Below are positions 1-14,446 of a stretch of 64,000 bases of DNA, piece after piece. Each line of letters begins with the position of its first letter. The stretch's first letter is position 1. The notes beneath the pieces were generated by a model. It saw only the letters and a list, made by a program, of their open reading frames with translations. It ran no database searches and was not told where the DNA came from. The DNA is taken from assembly GCA_964016885.1 (NCBI GenBank), contig OZ024741.1, forward strand, positions 40,424,001 to 40,488,000. The letters run 5' to 3'. The DNA comes from Eledone cirrhosa. Its lineage: Eukaryota. The translations under genes and the position numbers were made by a program.

Positions 1-866
1 AACATGTTAACTTCCATGATATGGTTATAATAATCTACCATGTTAACCTCCATGATATAGTTATAATAATCTACCATGTTAACTTCCATGATATAGTTAT
101 CATAATCTACCATGTTACCTTCCATGATATGGTTATAATAAGTTAACATGTTAACTTCCATGATATAGTTATAATAATCTACCATGTTAACTTCCATGAT
201 ATAATTATATTAAGTTAACATGTTAACCTCCATGATATAGTTATAATAATCTACCATGTTAACTTCCATGATATAATTATATTAAGTTAACATGTTAACT
301 TCACTGATATAGTTATATTAATCTACTATGTTAACTTCCATGATATAGTTATAATAATCTACCATGTTAACTTCCATGATATAGTTATAATAATCTACCA
401 TGTTAACTTCCATGATATAATTATATTAAGTTAACATGTTAACTTCCATGATATAGTTATATTAATCTACTATGTTAACTTCCATGATATAGTTATAATA
501 ATCTACCATGTTAACTTCCATGATATAACTATATTAAGTTAACATGTTAACTTGATATAACTATATTAAGTTAACATGTTAACTTCCATGATATAGTTAT
601 ATTAATCTACTATGTTAACTTCCATGATATAGTTATATTAATCTACCATGTTAACTTCCATGATATAGTTATATTAATCTACTATGTTAACTTCCATGAT
701 ATGATTATAATAAGTTAACATATAAAATTCAATGATATAGTTATAATAATCTACCATGTTAACCTCCATGATATAGATATAATAATCTACCATGTTAACT
801 TCCATGATATAGTTATAATAATCTACCATGTTAACTTCCATAATATAGTTATAATAATCTACCATG
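1..866. repeat. 36-bp minisatellite (~24 copies, runs off window start)
   Basis: Unit ctaccatgttaacttccatgatatagttataataat with variants; the 12-aa periodicity of ORF 674..865 reflects it. Confidence 0.95.
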
Positions 867-1214
867 CCAAACTTTCATGAACCGGGTGACCGTTGTCCAC
901 TGACACTAGAAGTTCCAGAAGGGTGGACAGCAGGTGAGGGACGATGAGTTGATCGACAAAATTTGCCAAATTTCTGGAACATTTGGCAACGTTGTTCAGA
1001 TCCCACCGAGCTCCCTTTTGCCTTTCATCCTGTTGGGATCGATGAAAAAAAGTACAAACCTAGGATTTGTGGCGCCCTCCACCCTTTCAACAATCACATC
1101 CTAGATGCTCAGCCGGATCAATGGAGGCAGCGTAAATGCTGTGTTTGTGTCGGCTTGCGCGATTAATGTACACCTAAATAATTTAGCGAAGCGTCGTGCA
1201 TACTACCAAGAGAT

Positions 1215-1312
<98 letters not shown>

Positions 1313-1460
1313 TATATATATAATAAATGTAATCTGAGATTTTCGAATATTAATAATAACATTCGATTCGTTTGCAATTATGCAAACAAGCCTCATTTTT
1401 ATAGCCATGTTAGTAGAATGAACTCTTCATTCTTGCTCTTGTGTTGGCATGTAAACAGAA

Positions 1461-1503
1461 CTGCAGACACTAGTGTTTCTGGATATCACCCTTCATCAGT
1501 CAT
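1461..1503 (-). ncRNA. Type I hammerhead motif (stem I weakened)
   Basis: Minus strand: CTGATGA agggtgatatcca GAA ACACTAGTGT C tgcag; palindromic stem III, GUC site. Confidence 0.6.
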
Positions 1504-1778
1504 CTCACTGTTCACCTGCCAACTGTCAGAGCTAGTGAAAGTATATGCTATTTTCAAAAATATACAGTGACTGATCAATTAGATCTGCATATTAGCAGAT
1601 CCACTGATCAGCCAGATTTGCATATCAGCAGACTGGCCAGTCAGTTTCCTGTATACGAGCGATAAATGGCCGGCTTAGCCAGTCGGCTAATATGCAAATC
1701 AGGCCGATCAGACACTGTATATTTTAGAAAATAGCATATATTTTCACTAGCTCTGACAGTTTGCAGGTGAACAGTGAG

Positions 1779-1822
1779 CTGTACTGATGAAGGGGGATAC
1801 CCAGAAACATTAGAGTCTGCAG
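1779..1822 (+). ncRNA. Type I hammerhead ribozyme
   Basis: ctgta CTGATGA a-ggg-ggata-ccc-a GAAAC attaga GTC tgcag; stems I, II and III all pair. Confidence 0.75.
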
Positions 1823-2000
1823 TTCTGTTCACATGCCAACACAAGAGCAAGAATGAAGAGTTCAGTATACTAACATGGCTATAAAAATAAGGCTTGTCTG
1901 CATAATTGCAAACGAATCGATTATTATTAATATTCGAAAAACTCAGATTACTTTTACTGTATTCAGCCATGTAGAGGGAAAGTTTTCTTTATATATATAG

Positions 2001-2057
<57 letters not shown>

Positions 2058-2183
2058 AGAAAAAAGATAATCAGTGTTGCGACGAAAGGAATTTATTGGA
2101 CATATTACTATTGTTTCTCGGGCGACCAGCTCGAGGGACGATCGATGTGGTGATCAAACCTGACTCTGTAATCCAATACCAAT

Positions 2184-2336
<153 letters not shown>

Positions 2337-2572
2337 GTGTGCGTGTGTGTATTGAAAAGTGATTGTGAAGCGACTAATTTTGTTTCAGTCACGAACAATT
2401 CGATAAAATCTGAATGTCTCTTCCCTCAGAAAGTATGAACTTCTCGTGTAACTGTCACTTTAAAAAATATTAATTCTCTCTATTTGATGTAATGAGTACC
2501 ATACTTTTGATGTGGTTTCTTTCAATACCCAGTGGAACCATTACAGCAATTAAACTCTCTCTCTCTCTCACT

Positions 2573-2650
<78 letters not shown>

Positions 2651-2688
2651 TATATATATATATATATATATATGAATATATATATATG

Positions 2689-2760
<72 letters not shown>

Positions 2761-2885
2761 ATGATATTAAATAAATGGAAACTATATTTATAAAACCATA
2801 TTTATTCTATTATATATATTTCAAGGGTACCAAAAACTTTGGTACGCTTTCATCAGGTAAAATACAAAGTGTGTTTTATAAATTT
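2761..2885 (-). ncRNA. Hammerhead-bearing repeat, family H1 (copies at 7277-7573 and 34261-34383)
   Basis: Minus: tattttac CTGATGA aagc-gtaccaaa-gttt-ttggtac-cctt GAAA tatat ATA atagaata. Confidence 0.7.
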
Positions 2886-3535
2886 TGACATAGCTAAGGA
2901 AAGCATACAATTAATAGGAAAAGGAAATCCATAATAGAATTCTTCAATAATTATAACCTTAAGTTAGAACTATAAAATCGTTAACTTCTTAGACATAAAC
3001 ATTTATACACATAGATATATATAAATAAATAAATAAATAAATAAATATATATATATATACATATATTAAAATAATTTTTTGCTGAAAGGTGAAAGTACTG
3101 GTCCAGGTTTGTTATATAGAGGTGTTACCTCCCTTGCTGAATCCCACGAGGGGTCAGTAATAGCCACACTATCTATAGCATCTTGGAGCAAAACCCGTTG
3201 ATAACACGACTGCCTTGTTCATCATCTCACCAGAAGCCCAACATTCTTTATGTAGGCGGACAGTACCTGATTTGGAGATTTTACCATAAGTCCAGGGTCC
3301 GGGAAAGTATCAACACATATATTTTTATTGTTTGACCCAAATTACTTGGTCGTTTTGTTTTGGCTATGCGGATGATATGTTTAACCATCATCTCAGTGTG
3401 TTTGGCCCTTAACGTATGTTGTAGCTCTGATTCATATGATTCATCGAGCGCTTGCCACACATATCGGACGTTGATTTTCGTTAATTCCTGAGCTGAAAAC
3501 GATTCTCGCTAATTTATATTTATATATATATACAT

Positions 3536-3689
3536 ATATTTATTAAAATAACAGATTAAAGTTTAAGCAAAGAATCGCTGCTTTCACCCGTAACGGGATC
3601 TTCTGAAACTAACAAAGTCAATCTGATCCCGTTAAGGGTGAAAGCAGCGATTCTTTGCTTAAACTTTAATCTGTTATTTTAATAAATAT
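3536..3689. repeat. Fold-back palindrome, ~65-bp arms, with broken hammerhead at the turn
   Basis: atttattaaaataacagattaaag...cgggatc / gatcccg...ctgttattttaataaat; minus arm reads cagaaga-tcccgttacgggt-GAAA. Confidence 0.8.
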
Positions 3690-3790
3690 TTGCTCTACGG
3701 TTCTTATATATTTGATATATATTTATCCTTATCGAGCCCTCTTTCGATTTTAGTCTTCAAAAGTTATTATTATTACTATATGTATATATA

Positions 3791-3955
3791 TATAGGAAAA
3801 TGTTCAAAACCACGACGGCAGAGCTCCAAGCCGTTTCGACCGGCTTGAGCTCTGCCGTCGGGGTCTTGAACATTTTCCTATTACCCACTCTACTACCCAA
3901 AGTATTGAGTACTCTGGTGCGTTATGGTCCACCTGGTTCCTTACCACTTCATTCG

Positions 3956-3957
<2 letters not shown>
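3791..3957. repeat. (TA)n-embedded repeat with 5' hairpin; relatives at 34621-34677, 50883-51035 and 51469-51662
   Basis: Palindrome 3791-3880 centred on ttcga; shared tail gagtactctggtgcgttatggtccacctggttccttaccac. Confidence 0.85.
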
Positions 3958-4051
<94 letters not shown>

Positions 4052-4769
4052 ATACATATGTATGTATGCGCGTGTGTACGTATGTGTATTGTGTGGGGTA
4101 TAGAATATATAAATGTTTAAATCAGATTGTGAGGCATGCAAACTTACAGAGAGGGTGTGTGTGTGTGTGTGTGTGTGTGCGTGTGTGTGCGTGTGTGTGT
4201 GTGTTTGTGTACGCGTGTATGTTTGTGTGTGTGTACGTACGTGTATCCGTGTATGTGTGTGTGTGCGTACGTGTATCCGTGTATATGTGTGTGTGTATGT
4301 TTGTATTTGTGTATGGGTGTGTGGGTGGGTGTTTTTAAATGGGTGCAAGAGAGGAAGAGAGACAATGGAAGATAGTAATCAAAGTGGACAAGAACTGAGG
4401 GGGAGAGAAAGCGAGAGAGAGAGAGAGAGAGAGTGAGAGAGAGTGAGAGAAAGAGAAGAGAGGCAATGGAACATAGAAGTTAAAATAGGGGGTGGGGCAG
4501 AGAGGGAGGGGGGAGAAAGAGATTGGGAGGGAGGATAGACAATGGAAAATGGAAGTAAAAACGGCAGAGGGCTGAGAGAGAGAGAAAGAGAGAAAGAGAG
4601 AGAGAGAGAGATATGAGAGAAGAGAGAGAGATGAAGAAAGAAAGAGATGGAGAGAGAAATAGATGGAGAGAGAAATAGATGGAGAGAGAGATGGAGAGAG
4701 AAAGAGATAGAGAGAGAAGAGGTAGACAATGGGGCATGGAAATAAAAACGCGAGAGAGGTGACAGGGAT

Positions 4770-4809
<40 letters not shown>

Positions 4810-5245
4810 AATGAAAGAAGGATGTGGAGAGGGAATAGAGTGACAGAGATAGGAGAGAGAGAGAGTGTGTGTGAGAAAGAGAATGGATAAGTTGTTAGAT
4901 GATTGAGATATAAATATGGTTGTTATCGGTTTTATCTTCATCGTTGCTTTCATAGCATCTCGTCCGCCATTGAAGTTATGATAGAAGACTTAATCACACA
5001 AAATCCACTTCACCTTATATCTCACCCAGCCCAGCATGCAAGCCACTTACTCCTACCCGCTTCAGATTTTGAACACATATCCCACCCTCTATCACTCTCC
5101 CACTAACTTATATTTTGTTTCCCTCTCTCTTACTCTCTCTACCACTCTCTCCGTCTCTATCCCCCTCTTTCTCTCTCTTACTCTATATTGTACTCTCTAC
5201 TGCTCTCTCCGTCTCTCTCTCCCCGTATTTCTGTCTCTTACTCTA

Positions 5246-5305
<60 letters not shown>

Positions 5306-5888
5306 TCTCCATCTCTCTTATTCCTCTTATTCTCTCTCTCCCTTACTCTCTCTTACTCTCCCTCTCTCTCTCCTTCCCTCTTTCTCTCTCTCGCACTCTC
5401 TTTCTCTCTCTCTTTCTTACTCTCCCTCTCTCTTATTCTCGCTCTCTCTTACTCACTATCTCTTAATCTCTTACTCATACTTTCTATCTATCTATTTATC
5501 TATCTATCTCTCTCTTTCTCCCCCTTTCTCTCTCTCTTACTCTTACTCCCTTTCTCCCACCCCCTCTCTCTCTCTCACTGACTATCTTTATGATCTAGAC
5601 AAGGAATTTATGTAAATATCTCTCCTGTGTATTTTTTATAGATGATGTGATATGATAAGGGATTGATACAATACAATACTTCAGATTCAACGGTTATCGT
5701 CTGCCAAAACTTTCTAAGTTCAATTTCTCATTGAAGTACAATCTCTTCCATTTCTCTAAAAAGAGGTTCAGAATGTTCTTCAGAATTATTCTGACTCAAT
5801 ATAATCGAATTGGTTATTTCATTAATATTTAGTTTAATAACATTTTCGAATTTGTTTATTTTCTCATATCTATCTATCTATCTATCTA

Positions 5889-7190
5889 TTGCAGGGCATC
5901 CCGTTGGAAGCGGTATTGCGGAAAGCGGTGTCGGCCTACGCCGACGACGTAACAGTAATGGTGTCGACGGCGTCGGAAATTGGGGCGATCGGCACCTTAT
6001 TGGAGGAGTACGAAAGGTTTACAGGGGCTAAGCTGAACCGGGACAAGTCGATCGGTCTGCAACTCGGCACGTGGAGGGGCAGATCGATGCCCTCCGATGG
6101 CGTCGTCGGGCGCTGGACGGGGGTCCCGATGAAGTTGCTCGGGGTCTGGTTCGGACCAGACCTCCAGGTGGAGAAGAACTGGGGTGAGGTAACGAACAGG
6201 GTGTTTGCACTGACCCAGAAGTGGGCCGAGTGCAAAATGTCCCTGAAAGGTCGGGCGGAGGTGGCGAACACTTATATAGCGTCCGTCATCTACTACCGCC
6301 TGACCGTTGTGCCTTGCCCAAGGGAAACGCTCGCCAAAATGGAGCGCGCACTCTTCTAATTCCTTTGGAAGAAGCGGGCTCCTATGGTGAGGAGATCCAT
6401 CTGCTGTCAACACCCTTCGAAAGGAGGGATGGAATGCCGTGGCTAATGATACGTAAACACGCATTAAGGCTACGGCACCTCCAGGTATTCCTCACCGGTC
6501 AACCGGTGTGGGCCCCGTTTGTGAGGCGAGCCTTTCCCAGACTCGTCTCACTCACCGAGCTGCAATCCTGGGTCAAGCAAAGACCGAGAAAACTGGGCGC
6601 CTGGCACACCGAGTGTGCCCAGGCGCTCACGGCTCTCTGGTAGGCGGACCCGGCTGTCAGTGGAGAATCCACCTCGTCATTCTATAGAGGGCTGGTGGTT
6701 AGCGGGTGCGACGACGCCCTCGGAGTGTTATGTGTTATGGCTATGATGAAAGAGGTTATATGGTGGACGAAGTTAAAAGGGCTGAGGTCAGACACCTTTC
6801 TCTCCGGCGAGCAACTGATTCGTTTTTTCAAATATCATTTTGGAAGAAGAATCAAGATGGAGAGAGAGGTGTTGTACCCCAGCAAATTGTATAAAAGGTG
6901 GGTGAATGTGGCAACGATGGCCCGGTGGTTTGGCCTTCTCTCTATATAAGCCTGTAGGTTGAGGAAAAAGAGGAAGAGAGGAAGGGAGTACTCACTCTTG
7001 GTGCTCCTGGAGATGAGGGTTGTACATTTTTTCGGGGTGTGTACAACCCCTGTGTAACGCCTCCCCCCTATTGGGGATTTCAATTGTTATTTGTTATTTT
7101 AGTAATAGTTTTATTTTCATATACCTGTATGTAAACTCCCCATTTGTATTTGTCCCCTTCTTTTGTGCCCTTGTGGCTAATAAAGAAATT
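5889..7190 (+). mobile_element. 5'-truncated, internally deleted Tx1-like LINE copy in (TATC)n
   Basis: Translation LQGIPLE...YADD...LLGVWFG matches ORF2 at 40099-43536; stops and frameshift; deletion near 6724; ends aataaagaaat then tatctatc. Confidence 0.93.
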
Positions 7191-7276
7191 TATCTATCTC
7201 TCTCTCTATATATATATATAAGCAAAAGGGATATTTAATTTGTTGCTAATTCAACAAATATAAATGTTTATAACTG

Positions 7277-7573
7277 AATGATATTAAATAAATGGAAACT
7301 ATATTTATAAAACCATATTTATTTTATTATATATATATTTCAAGGGTACCAACACTTTGGTACGTTCTCATCAGATAAAATACAAAGATTGTTTTATAAA
7401 TATTGACAATATTTATAAAATATTGATAATATTTATGAAATATTGTCAATATTTATAAAACAAACTTTGTATTTTATCTGATGAGAGCGTACCAAAGTGT
7501 TGGTACACTTGAAATATATATAATAGAATAAATATGGTTTTATAAATATAGTTTCCATTTATTTAATATCATT
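7277..7573. repeat. Near-perfect palindrome of hammerhead family H1 (divergent hammerheads at ~7320-7382 minus and ~7470-7529 plus)
   Basis: Arms are reverse complements; plus arm tattttat CTGATGA gagc-gtaccaaag-tg-ttggtac-actt GAAA tatat ATA atagaata. Confidence 0.88.
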
Positions 7574-7610
7574 GTATATATCTATATATATACGTATATA
7601 TATATATACG

Positions 7611-7745
<135 letters not shown>

Positions 7746-7912
7746 AATACATCTACCAACATATGCGTACAGATGTACACTAATGCTAGTAAAAATATAA
7801 GTTATGTCAAAGTACCTAGGTGGTTCAATGCAGGGGGGATGCAGAACAATTATATGAAAGACGTAAAATAAGAAAATTTTAAAAATTAAAAATTAACTTA
7901 CTAAAATTTTCA

Positions 7913-7993
7913 CTCCAACTAATTAGTTTCTGTAATGGGATAAATATAGTTACACAATGTAACTATCGAGAATTCATTACGTCATCAGGGAAT
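7913..7993 (-). ncRNA. Type I hammerhead ribozyme (inverted copy)
   Basis: Reverse complement of 8727-8808; stem I attcc/ggagt retained through a G-U pair. Confidence 0.75.
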
Positions 7994-8726
7994 CTATTCT
8001 CAGCTAAGTTCCCAGGCAATGCGCGGACACTAGGAACCCATATAAAAATAATAATTCAGTGGATGTAATAAGCTAGCGGGAACTAAATTCCATAGCACTG
8101 AAAAAGTTCACTGCCTCTGGTCAGTGGTGGATTCTAAAGAATCAATCACGTGACACTGAGGTTAGTCAGTAGGAGTGGGGTGGTATTATGACAAGAGCCT
8201 ACTGATGACGTAATGAATTCTCGATAGTTACATTGTGTAACTATATTTATCCCATTACAGCTACTAATTAGTTGGAGTGAAAATTTTAGTAAGTTAATTT
8301 TTAATTTTTTTAATTTTCTTATTTTACGTCTTTCATATAATTGTTCTGCATCCCCCTGCATTGAACCACCTAGGTACTTTGACATAACTTATATTTTTAC
8401 TAGCATTAGTGTACATCTGTACGCATATGTTGGTAGATGTATTAATTCTCTATATTTATCTCCAAATTATTTGTTGAGCAAACTTGCCAAATCTACTGCT
8501 AATTCATAGTAGTAGTAGTAGGCTCTTGTCATAATACCACCCCACTCCTACTGACTAACCTCAGTGTCACGTGATTGATTCTTTAGAATCCACCACTGAC
8601 CAGAGGCAGTGAACTTTTTCAGTGCTATGGAATTTAGTCCCCGCTAGCTTATTACATCCACTGAATTATTATTTTTATATGGGTTCCTAGTGTCCGCGCA
8701 TTGCCTGGGAACTTAACTGAGAATAG

Positions 8727-8808
8727 ACTCCCTGATGACGTAATGAATTCTCGATAGTTACATTGTGTAACTATATTTATCCCATTACAGAAACTAATTA
8801 GTTGGAGT
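8727..8808 (+). ncRNA. Type I hammerhead ribozyme
   Basis: actcc CTGATGA c-gtaatg...atagttaca/tgtaactat...cattac-a GAA ACTAATTAGT T ggagt; GUU site at 8801-8803. Confidence 0.85.
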
Positions 8809-9029
8809 GAAAATTTTAGTAAGTAAGTTAATTTTTAATTTTTTAAATTTTCTTATTTTACGTCTTTCATATATATATATATATATATATATAAAGTATA
8901 TATACACACAAATACGTATATACACACATACATACATATATATATATATAGTGACGAAACATAAGTCAATTGCATGAACTCATAATCCTTTATTTACTGC
9001 TATATACATTTCTATATATATATATAGCA

Positions 9030-10437
9030 CACTTATCAGCAGAAACTACCCACCATTCCTAATCACCAATAGATTCCAACGTGCCCTAAAACTAGACATC
9101 CAGGAACTCAGACACCCCAAACCCAGGAGAGAACCGCAACAAAAATCTCTACCATACATCTCCACACACAACCCCCTCAACAATGAGGCATTCGATACCA
9201 TCCTCCAGAACATTCCTTTACTAAAAAGAGACCCAAGAATGAACAATATCCTCTAAACACACAACATCATAAAGAGCAAAAGACAACCCAAATCCATAAA
9301 AAATATCCTCACACAAGCCAAAATCCAACAAAGTTTCACAATAAACCCTACAGTAACAAAATGCGGAAGGCCCAACTGTGGCATATGTATAAATCTAATA
9401 GAAGGTTCAACATTCCATTTTAAACAAGGACAACGTTTCACAGTTAAACACAACTTTACATGTGCATCTGAAAACCTTATCTGTGTTTTGACCTGCTCAG
9501 GTTGTCTAGAACACTATATAGGACAGACAAAAATCAGCCTCCGTCAACGTATGACCGTCCATAAATCCCAAATTAAAATACAGGAATACAGAAAGATTGC
9601 ATTTAGTGAACATATCGCCAATTGTGCTCTCAACCAACTTCCAAACTTTAAAATTTTCCCCATTTACAAATTCATAGACAACGCTACTTTCATCAACGCA
9701 CCAATAAGGAAACACATTTCATTAATAAATTAATTTCAGCCAGTACTCAATGCCCTGAAATTCGCACCTTTCTAATACTGCAACAAACCATCAAACATTT
9801 ACAAGAGTTACCTCCCTCACACCATACCTAATCCTTTTTCTTAAATTAATTAAATATCACCCAGCAAGAATTGCTTCCCCCGGCATATTAACTCTCTAAA
9901 AAGGGAAATCATATCAAACCACAGTCCACCATTTGCCTCCTTCACGGAACCATGGTTCAACTCAACACTCTTGCGATATTAACACATTTTGAACTGCTTA
10001 ACTTCAATGACTGTACAGTACGTGTAAATAACATTAACTCTTCTTCCACATTGACTTTTTACGTTCCACATTATGCACGTTTTTTTTTCCTTTTTCTTTT
10101 TTCTTTTCACTTCTTAAACCTTGTTTGTATATAACATTATTCTTTCTGCACCTTCTGTTTAACATGTGCGACACCACACCAATACATTTCACTATCATTT
10201 GATAATGCATATAAATGCAGAAACCGGTAATAGACAATAATTAAATATATAAATAGATCAATAAATGCCATTGTTAAATAATAAATAAATCAACTAATAC
10301 CTTAACACTTCACACAAAGTAAAACATTTCGTTTTAATCATTTTCTAACCCAGAAAAAAAGAGAGAGAGAGACACAAAAAAAGAAAAAAAAAAGAAAAAA
10401 AAATGTTTCTTCCTCATAATCGTCTCTTTCTTCCTAT

Positions 10438-10440
<3 letters not shown>
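9030..10440 (+). mobile_element. Penelope-like element 3' fragment (GIY-YIG endonuclease, decayed)
   Basis: KCGRPNCGIC zinc motif then NLICVLTCSGCLEHYIGQTKISLRQRM (9488-9733); in-frame stops; hammerhead in downstream UTR. Confidence 0.85.
10192..10233 (+). ncRNA. Minimal hammerhead, U3-A8 core
   Basis: TTGATAA tgcat-ataa-atgca GAA ACCGGT A atag. Confidence 0.65.
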
Positions 10441-10504
<64 letters not shown>

Positions 10505-10643
10505 TATAATTACATATATACATATATATATGTGTGTGTATGTATGTCTGTATGTATGAGTATATGTGTATATTTATATATATATATTTCGTTTCTGAAT
10601 TTGTTTTGCAAGATTCTTTATCTGAAAACGTGTGTTGAAACCG

Positions 10644-10903
<260 letters not shown>

Positions 10904-10915
10904 GTGTGTGTGTGT

Positions 10916-10946
<31 letters not shown>

Positions 10947-11017
10947 CGCGTGTGCGTGTGTGTGTATAAATTCATATATAGAGAGTCTTCGGTTCTGAAA
11001 CCGGGTAGACCATAAAT

Positions 11018-11074
<57 letters not shown>

Positions 11075-11749
11075 TCCTAAAATACATTGTTTCAAAAAGA
11101 CCACATCACAAAGAAACTACCCAATATAAGAGTTTGTAGATTGTCGATAATTTTCCATGTAAAAGTAGATTTTGTCTTTTGATTTCAAACAAGGAATCAT
11201 TACTAAATCTAGTACAGAGATATTCATCTGAGAATATTCCATGAAAAGTTATTAACGAATCTGATATCATCAGAGGAAGGCTAAATTAAGTGCAGAAGTT
11301 AGTGCAGTAATGTGTCAGCATTCAGTAATCAGAAGAAAGGATGTAGGCCTGACTCGCTATCTTCCAATCGGATTTCGTGCCAGCACTTACCTGTGGTCAG
11401 GAATCTTTCAGAAGAAGAAGAAGATATCATAAATCGAGAAATAAGGAGATTTTGTAAAAGGTTATATAGAAAGAATGAACGTTCTATTGGAGTAGAAGTG
11501 TGTGTGTGTGTGTGTGTGTATGTGTGTGTGTGTATGTGTGCGTGTGCGTGTGTGTGTGTGTGTGTGCGTGTGTATGAGAGAGTTAAGTCGGGAACGAAAA
11601 TGTTATAAAAATATATGCATAAAGACTAAACTCTTTATATATTCCTACCGAATACTTTTTCAATATAGCCATAGTGTAGCAGTGTAGCCATTGATATTGA
11701 AACTCTGGCGGGTGAAGTGTGGAGAATGGTGAAATTCTGAAATTTTGCG

Positions 11750-12100
11750 TTAGGCACAAGGCCAGCAATTATCCAGTGCATTACTGGTACTTTATTTTAT
11801 CGACCCCGTAAGGATGAAAGGCAAAGTCAACCTCGGCGGGATTTGAACTCAGATCATAAAGGGACGTAACTATGCTGGAAAGCATGGCGTCCGACCCTCT
11901 ACCGATACTGCCATGGTTTCTGATTTATATACAAGGCCTACAATTTGTGGTGAAGGGAAAGTTGATTAAATCGACCCCAGTTCATTACTAACACTTTATT
12001 TTATTGACAAAGTAAGCAGCAATAAGTACTGGGGTCCATTTAATTGACTTTCCCTCCCCTTCAAATTTGCTAGCTTTGTGCCTATATTAGAAACAATTAT
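11750..12100 (-). mobile_element. tRNA-derived SINE family S1 copies and fragments
   Basis: Shares gagttcaaatcccgccgaggttaactttgcctttcatccttacggggtcgataaaataaagtaccag core (B-box-like GTTCAAATC) with many other copies. Confidence 0.85.
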
Positions 12101-12946
12101 TGTGCAAATGGCTGAGTATTCCGCATTCAAATTTGAATACGATACAGGTACAATGCATTTGATGGGCCTCCAAACACTTTTTGTCTATCAAATTTCACTG
12201 AAGGATTCGTCGACCAGAGCCTATAATAAATAACACTTGCTTTAGAAGACAGACATGTTGTAGGATTGAAACCTGGACTTTATGGTTGTGCAGGGACTTT
12301 CTTTACCATTCGGTCATGCTGCATCAACTACGCATACGTACGTCTTCATATGCAAATATCGATTTTGAATGTTGGCTGAAGACGAAAATTCATTTCACAT
12401 AATCCTCTAGAATAAACAAACAAGAAAATAAATAAATAAATACATAATAAAAAATAAATAAATGCATAAATAAATAAATAATAAATAAATGGTTAGTCAT
12501 AACAACTTGCCATTTCTTTTTTGCCATTAAAATTTATGATGTTTATACATATTATTGGTAAAAACATTCCAATAATTGAGCATTGAAGAGACAGGCGTAG
12601 CAGGCTAGTTATTTAAATAATACACACGCAGGCATGATTGTATCGTTAATGACTTAGTTTCTAGGTTCAATCCTACAGCGTGGCAAGCAGGTGTCTTCTA
12701 CTATAGTTTTGGGTCTGACCAATGTGTTGAAAGTATTGAAAGTAGAATTTGATAGAATGCCTGCCGTGTATATATATATATATATACGGTACTACATCTG
12801 TTGGTCAACTAGCAGAGAACGAAAGAGACCCTCGGACAGAAACATGAACTTTCCTCTCTAAATATGTATATTAAAAACTAATAATTTTTCTTCTCCATTT
12901 TATTATTATTTGTATAAATATGCAATTTAACTGCACTTTATACTTC

Positions 12947-12985
12947 CGTTGTTGAAAAGCATATAATGCTGAAACCGGTACCACG
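12947..12985 (+). ncRNA. Minimal hammerhead, U3-A8 core
   Basis: cgttg TTGAAAA gcat-ata-atgc t GAA ACCGGT A ccacg. Confidence 0.6.
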
Positions 12986-13202
12986 ATTAAATGCAGAAAT
13001 CCCCACTTTATAAATAAATGTTTTGATATTATACTGAAAAGAATCCCGCTAGCATTTTCTACTGTATTTTTTTCCTTTTTACTATTTATATATATATATA
13101 TATGGCGGGGGGGGGGCTTCTTCCCCAGTTTCTTTCCTCCTTTTTGCCCGCCCTTCCACTTATCAACCTTTGCTTTCTAGTTATCTTCTATTTCTAACTC
13201 TA

Positions 13203-13238
13203 TCTTCTGATGAAGGACTAGTGTCCAAAACGTTAAGA
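13203..13238 (+). ncRNA. Degenerate minimal hammerhead (G12 to A)
   Basis: tctt CTGATGA a-ggac-tagt-gtcc AAAAC GTT aaga. Confidence 0.55.
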
Positions 13239-13555
13239 CTCTCTTCCTGCTATTTCAAGCTTAAACTAATATATTTCTTGAATGTACTGTGTCGTTTGTT
13301 TTATGTCTGTTTGCCTTTTAGACACACCTATATATATATATGTATGTGTGTGTGTGTGTGTGTGTCTGTGTGTGTGTGTATCACGTAACAATATGACAAA
13401 AGAAGGCAGATGAAATAAATAGATCTCAGAAGAAGTATCTAGATCGATATCGATATGATCGAGTAAATCCCAGCACGTGTACAGTGTAATGACTTGAACC
13501 CATAAAAGTTTCAATGAACAAAGAACAAAATACATTTTATTGTACTTCAGTATTC

Positions 13556-13705
13556 AGGGCAGTGGATTGGTAGTATCAGTACTGTGTCGGACAACATGCT
13601 TTGCGGCATAGAGTTATGGCTCTTTACGCTCTGAGTTCAAATTCCGCCGAGGTTAGCTTTACCTTTCCTCCTTATGTGGTGATAAAATAAAGTACCAGTT
13701 TAATC
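13556..13705 (+). mobile_element. SINE S1 copy
   Basis: gggcagtggattggtagtatc...gagttcaaattccgccgagg...aaagtaccag. Confidence 0.8.
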
Positions 13706-13908
13706 GATTTTTCCGTTCCTCGGGTGGAATGAGATCGTCCAGGGGGAGCACCGCGATATGTCCGAGGACCTAGGGCATCAGTGGCCCCAGAATGTCACTT
13801 CAAATACCATATGTTCCGGTTTGACCTGTTAATAGATATACGGATGTCAATCCACTGATATACACCAGCCCACCATACACGTGTAGAAACAAATGTACTC
13901 TCTCTCTC

Positions 13909-13971
<63 letters not shown>

Positions 13972-13972
<1 letters not shown>

Positions 13973-14125
13973 AAGGCGCATGGCTTAGTGGTTAGAGCAT
14001 TGGGCTTGAAATCGAAACGTTGTGAGTTCAATTATCGGACTGGGTGATGTGTTGTTTCCTTGAGCAAGACACTTTATTTCACGTTGCTCCAGTTTACTCA
14101 GCTGTAGAAATGAGTACCAGTGGGA
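13972..14125 (+). mobile_element. tRNA-derived SINE family S2 (relative at 19378-19690)
   Basis: A-box-like tggcttagtgg, B-box-like gagttcaatt, shared gagcaagacac...ttgctccagtt.actca.ctgtagaaatg. Confidence 0.75.
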
Positions 14126-14220
14126 TGGCGTTATCTTATGGCTAAAACAGCACGACGTGTTGTGACCAGCGGCGCCGATTGGCGCCCGACAGACTGGTCG
14201 GTCAAGGTGATATATATATA

Positions 14221-14412
14221 GGATGAAAGGCAAAGTTAACCTCTGCGGGATATGAACTCACACCAGAAAGGGCCGTAATTCTTTGCTAAAGGCATCATGG
14301 CGTCCGACCCTCTACCGATACTGCCAATCCAAATGCTATATATATATAATCGCTGGCCTTGTGCCAAAAGTAGAAACAATTATTATATATATATATGTGT
14401 GTGTGTGTATAT

Positions 14413-14446
<34 letters not shown>

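Larger units (their letters stand above)
1329..1951. repeat. Imperfect long inverted repeat (~270-bp arms) between (TA)n tracts, one hammerhead motif per arm
   Basis: 1329-~1597 is the diverged reverse complement of ~1686-1951. Confidence 0.9.

Noticed and set aside
2390-2435. Additional hammerhead-like remnants (also ~10620-10650, ~48800-48830, ~53075)
   Set aside because: Core mutated or incomplete and stems not convincing
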